A DNA stretch of 64,000 nucleotides from the human T2T-CHM13v2.0 reference genome, Homo sapiens, in the NCBI RefSeq assembly GCF_009914755.1, contig NC_060926.1; one strand, 5' to 3'. The translations under genes and the position numbers were made by a program. The notes below the pieces were generated by a model. That model was not told the origin of the DNA and did not search any database. It saw only the letters and a list, made by a program, of their open reading frames with translations. This document shows positions 59,796 through 64,000 of the stretch, one piece after another (position 1 is the stretch's first letter; every line of letters begins with the position of its first letter).

Positions 59796-60313
59796 AAAAA
59801 TCAAAACAGAAGCATCACAACTACCAGAGGACATACACTAAAATAGTTCCTTCCTTCCTTCCTTCTTTTCCTTTCTTCCTTCTTTCTTTTTCTTTCCTTC
59901 TTTTGTAAACAAATTAGTTTATGTGTGACATTATCTGTGGTAACAGAAGTGCAGTGAATATCCTTAGCCCACCTGGTACTGAAAAGAGTACCAGGGTATA
60001 TCTAGATTTATAACTGGGTAGACATATAAATCTAGGTATATTCTAAATTGTCCCATGATTTTCCCTCAGTGAATGGAAGTCAATGAAAAGTTCATCATTG
60101 ACCATGACACCACCAGAAATCATATTTTGATTTTATCCTAAAAAATTCAGTCAGATTACAGGAAGAGAAAAAAACAACAACAAACGGAAAACCTGAAAGA
60201 AGGCCTACAATGAAACTATCAAATATAAACAAGTAACAACATTGGATTGGACTTCAAAATAACATCAGACTTGTTACTACTGATATCAATCTTGCGGAAT
60301 GGGTGCAATGCCT

Positions 60314-60762
60314 TGTGAAAGGAACATATCTTGGGCACCCCAGATCACTAACCTAAAAGGAAAATTCAAGCTGGAAACTCCTCAGGGCAAATCTGCCTCT
60401 GATTCTATTCAATTATTTTCCTGTTCACTGAGATGGATGCATATTCTGACTGTCTCATTTGGAAAGGCTTATCAGAAACTCAAAAGAATGCAACCATTTG
60501 TCTCTCACCTACCGGTGACCTGGAAGCCCCTTCCCTGCTTTGAGTTGTCTCTGCCCTTCTGGACTGAGCTAATGTACTTCTTACATATATTGATTGATGT
60601 CTCATGTCTCCCGAAAATGTGTAAAACCAAGCTGTGTCCTGACTACCTTGGGCACATGTCATCAGGACTTCCTGAGGTGGTGTCACGGGCACACATTCTT
60701 AAGCTTGGCAAAATAAAATTTCTAAATTAACTGAGACCTGTCTCAGATTGTCTGGGATTATA
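60314..60762 (+). mobile_element. MER4A-like solo LTR (ERV1) inserted in an old L1 ORF1 remnant
   Basis: tgtgaaagga...gcaaatctgcctc...aactgagacctgtctcag. 4-bp TSD gcct at 60310-60313 and 60763-60766. Confidence 0.88.
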
Positions 60763-61488
60763 GCCTTCAACATTCTGGGAGAAAATTATTTTGAAGCCTA
60801 ATTTTTATATCCAGTTAAATGATAAAATATGAGGAGAAAGATAATAGTAAATATGCAAATACTGAAACAAAAACAAACCAAACCTTGAAAGTTTTATCTG
60901 ACCAGTGTAGGAAGCTAGGACATGGTCCTTCAAAATCAAGGAAATAACCTAAGAACAAAGAACTCATGTGATCTACAAAACAATGAGCCAAATGCAGAAG
61001 TAAAGTGCGCTGAATTTGCAGGTCCTCAGCAATACAGAGACCTGGAGGGCAATCTGTCCACATTGGTGCTGGAGGGCTAGGGCTCTATGAAGAAAGAACA
61101 GTGACAAAAAGGGAGACAGTTAACCATCTTATGTGTTTACACTAAGGGATAGTTGATTTAAGCTGCTGTCCTATATTTTGGGATACAGGAATTCCATAAA
61201 TAAAATAAGTGGCAAATATTAATTGCATGTGAAAAAATTAACAAGGAAAAAAATGTAAGCCTAGTTCATAACATGAGTCAGCAGGGAACACTAGTTCACA
61301 CTCATGGTAATATAAAACATTGATTTAATCAAATGTAAGAGATTTATTCAAGGATGGAAAGAAGAAATGCACTTACAGAATGCAGTATGTATGTGTGTTT
61401 GCCTGTGTATGTGTGTGTGTTATTTTGGGGATAAAATGAAGTTAGATTTAGTATGGACATTGGAAGGGAATGGCCATGCTTCATTCTA

Positions 61489-61853
<365 letters not shown>

Positions 61854-62280
61854 GAAACATAAAGTAATATATAGGTCATTTTTTCAGAAGCTGTTGATTC
61901 AGACCATTGTGTTCTAGAGTTGATGTTTTGAAGGAGTGACATGCTATCTCTCATAATGCTTAATGTTACTAAAAAAAAAATCTGGGAGAACTTGTGGAAA
62001 TAGGCAGAGCTGGAAGAAATAAAGGAAAGAGACTGAGGATTGCTACTTCTCTCTTCATAATCAGCCTGTGTGTCATTCCAACATGCATGCTGCAAATTGC
62101 TTATTACAAATTCTGAAGTATGGATGCAACTCAGTTGGGTCTTTTTTCTTCTCTTCCCCACCCCTTTCTCTCTCCCCTGCTGCCCAATAATCTACAATTT
62201 TGAAAGTGACTTTTGCAAAACTGCTCATCTATCCCCTTTTAAAAATCTAAGGTGTGCTATATAATAATTTGTTTATTTTC

Positions 62281-62692
62281 TGTGAAAGGAGTTGGGTACT
62301 GCTCAGAGCAAATCTGCCTCCCATTCTATTCAAAGTCATCTCTTTGGTCACAGAGACAGATGCATATCTGATTGCCTCCTTTAGAAAGACTTAGCAGAAA
62401 CTCAAAAGAATGCAACCATCTTTCTTTCACCTACCTGTGACCTGGAAGCCACCAGTCAGGGGTCCTTGCTTTGAGTTTGCGCTGCCTTTCTGGACAGAGC
62501 TAATGTACTTCTTACAAACATTGATTGATGTCTCGGGTCTCCCTAAAATGTGTAAAACCAAGCTGTGCCCTGACCACCTTGGGTACATGTCATCAGAACT
62601 TCCTGAGGCTGTGTCATGGGTGTTGTCTTCAACCTTGGCCAAATAAACTTTCTAAATCAACTGAGACCTGTCTCTAAATTTTGGGGTTCAGA
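62281..62692 (+). mobile_element. Second MER4A-like solo LTR (about 40 bp deleted near its 5' end)
   Basis: Same family motifs as 60314-60762. Flanks tttc/ttcc. Confidence 0.85.
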
Positions 62693-64000
62693 TTCCTATA
62701 GCACTTACTCTTATTTATTATGAGTAGGCTGGTTACTTTTTTAAAAAAAATTATGAAACATTTTGTCAGGGTTCTGTTGATTGGGATTTTGAGTTAAATG
62801 AGCTTTGTGCTTAATAGTGAACAGTTTTCCTCCTGGAGAAGAAATTGTGCTGGCAGAATTAGGATGAGCCAGTGTTTGAGGCTATTTCTGCCCTCCAGTT
62901 CCGCCTTTCAAATTGCATTTTTTTTTCCTGAGAAATGATAATGTTAAAAATTTGGCCAGGTGTCTTTTTTGAATGTTAAAGACCAGACAGACCAAGCTCT
63001 GATTTGCCAGTCAGTTACTGGAGACTAATTTCAGGGTTTTATTTTAGATATCTAGCTTTACTAGCTTCACTGATTCACTAGCTTTATATTTGTTGCATAT
63101 GTCACTAAGTAACAACTTATCTAATTTGTTAGGGACACGTGTGACCCTCACTGTCATTAACTCAGTTTCAGCTACACAAATTTGTGAGGATTCAATATAT
63201 TGATGGATTAATGTCTGGTACACTATCCATTGTGAGAAAATGTGATGAATAACCCTGTTTGTAAATGAGATTCTGTAGCCAATGTTTGGCCTACTTAGGA
63301 GAGCAAATATACCTAATGGGTTTCATATATTAGCTATCTCTATGCTGATCGATTCTGCTTCTGATATGGCCAATAGATACATTAAAAGGGTTGCTCCTTG
63401 AAAACAGGTCCTAAGCAATATATTCTGATTACCAAGGGATTTTGAAAGTAAAGTTTTCTTTTATCTGCAAAGGCTTACTTGCCTTTAGCTAGAAATAATC
63501 TCTTCTTTTTTTAGCTATGAATTTATTTAGGTATTTATCCAACATGAATTTATTCAGTATTGGGTTTCAAAGATGAATGAGACATGCTCTGTTCTCAAAG
63601 TTTGTATAGTTCATTAGAAAACAGATATGTAAAGGATTAGGGCAAATTTATTATTTTAAAAGTGCAATTGTTCTGTTTATTTAAGGTATGGATGGCTCAA
63701 AGGGACAAAAATGCTAAGATTTTCTCCTAAGGGGACAGATGACATAGTGGGTTCCAAATGGAGAGAATGATGCCCACATAACTCAAAGAAACATATTTCT
63801 TATGGGAAAAGTAATCTGTAGCTCTGCACCATGAGAGAAGGCTAGAGATATAGCTGTATGCCATGAGAAAACAGTTCATATAATAAACTCTAGGACCTGA
63901 AAGTGTAGACAAAATGAGATGCCAGTAGAGATCTGTTGATGGTCATAAACAAATGAATAATGTGAATAGAATTTCAATTAGAAGGCTGTGCAGAGTGGTT

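Overview
This is primate genomic DNA, most likely hominoid or human (Alu, L1PA and LTR12 elements are present). It is AT-rich, CpG-depleted and dominated by transposable elements. I can support no intact protein-coding gene, RNA gene or CRISPR array, and nearly all listed ORFs are Alu, L1 or LTR read-throughs. The one gene-derived object is a minus-strand, semi-processed retrocopy of a KRAB zinc-finger gene (about 13309-15446), ZNF141-like by my recall of that protein. Its KRAB-A and KRAB-B exons are spliced together, the following intron is retained with nested transposons, and it ends in AATAAA plus a poly(A) tail, so it looks like a fossil of a KRAB-only, intronically polyadenylated isoform. 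Other notable structures are a solo LTR12C pointing the same way as the retrocopy, two 5'-inverted (twin-primed) L1 insertions (one with an apparent short 3' transduction), a CpG-intact 50-bp Alu stub, several near-perfect hairpins, and a few candidate enhancers or non-coding exons. I found no convincing undescribed multi-gene system. Repeat subfamily names come from remembered consensus sequences, not from a search.
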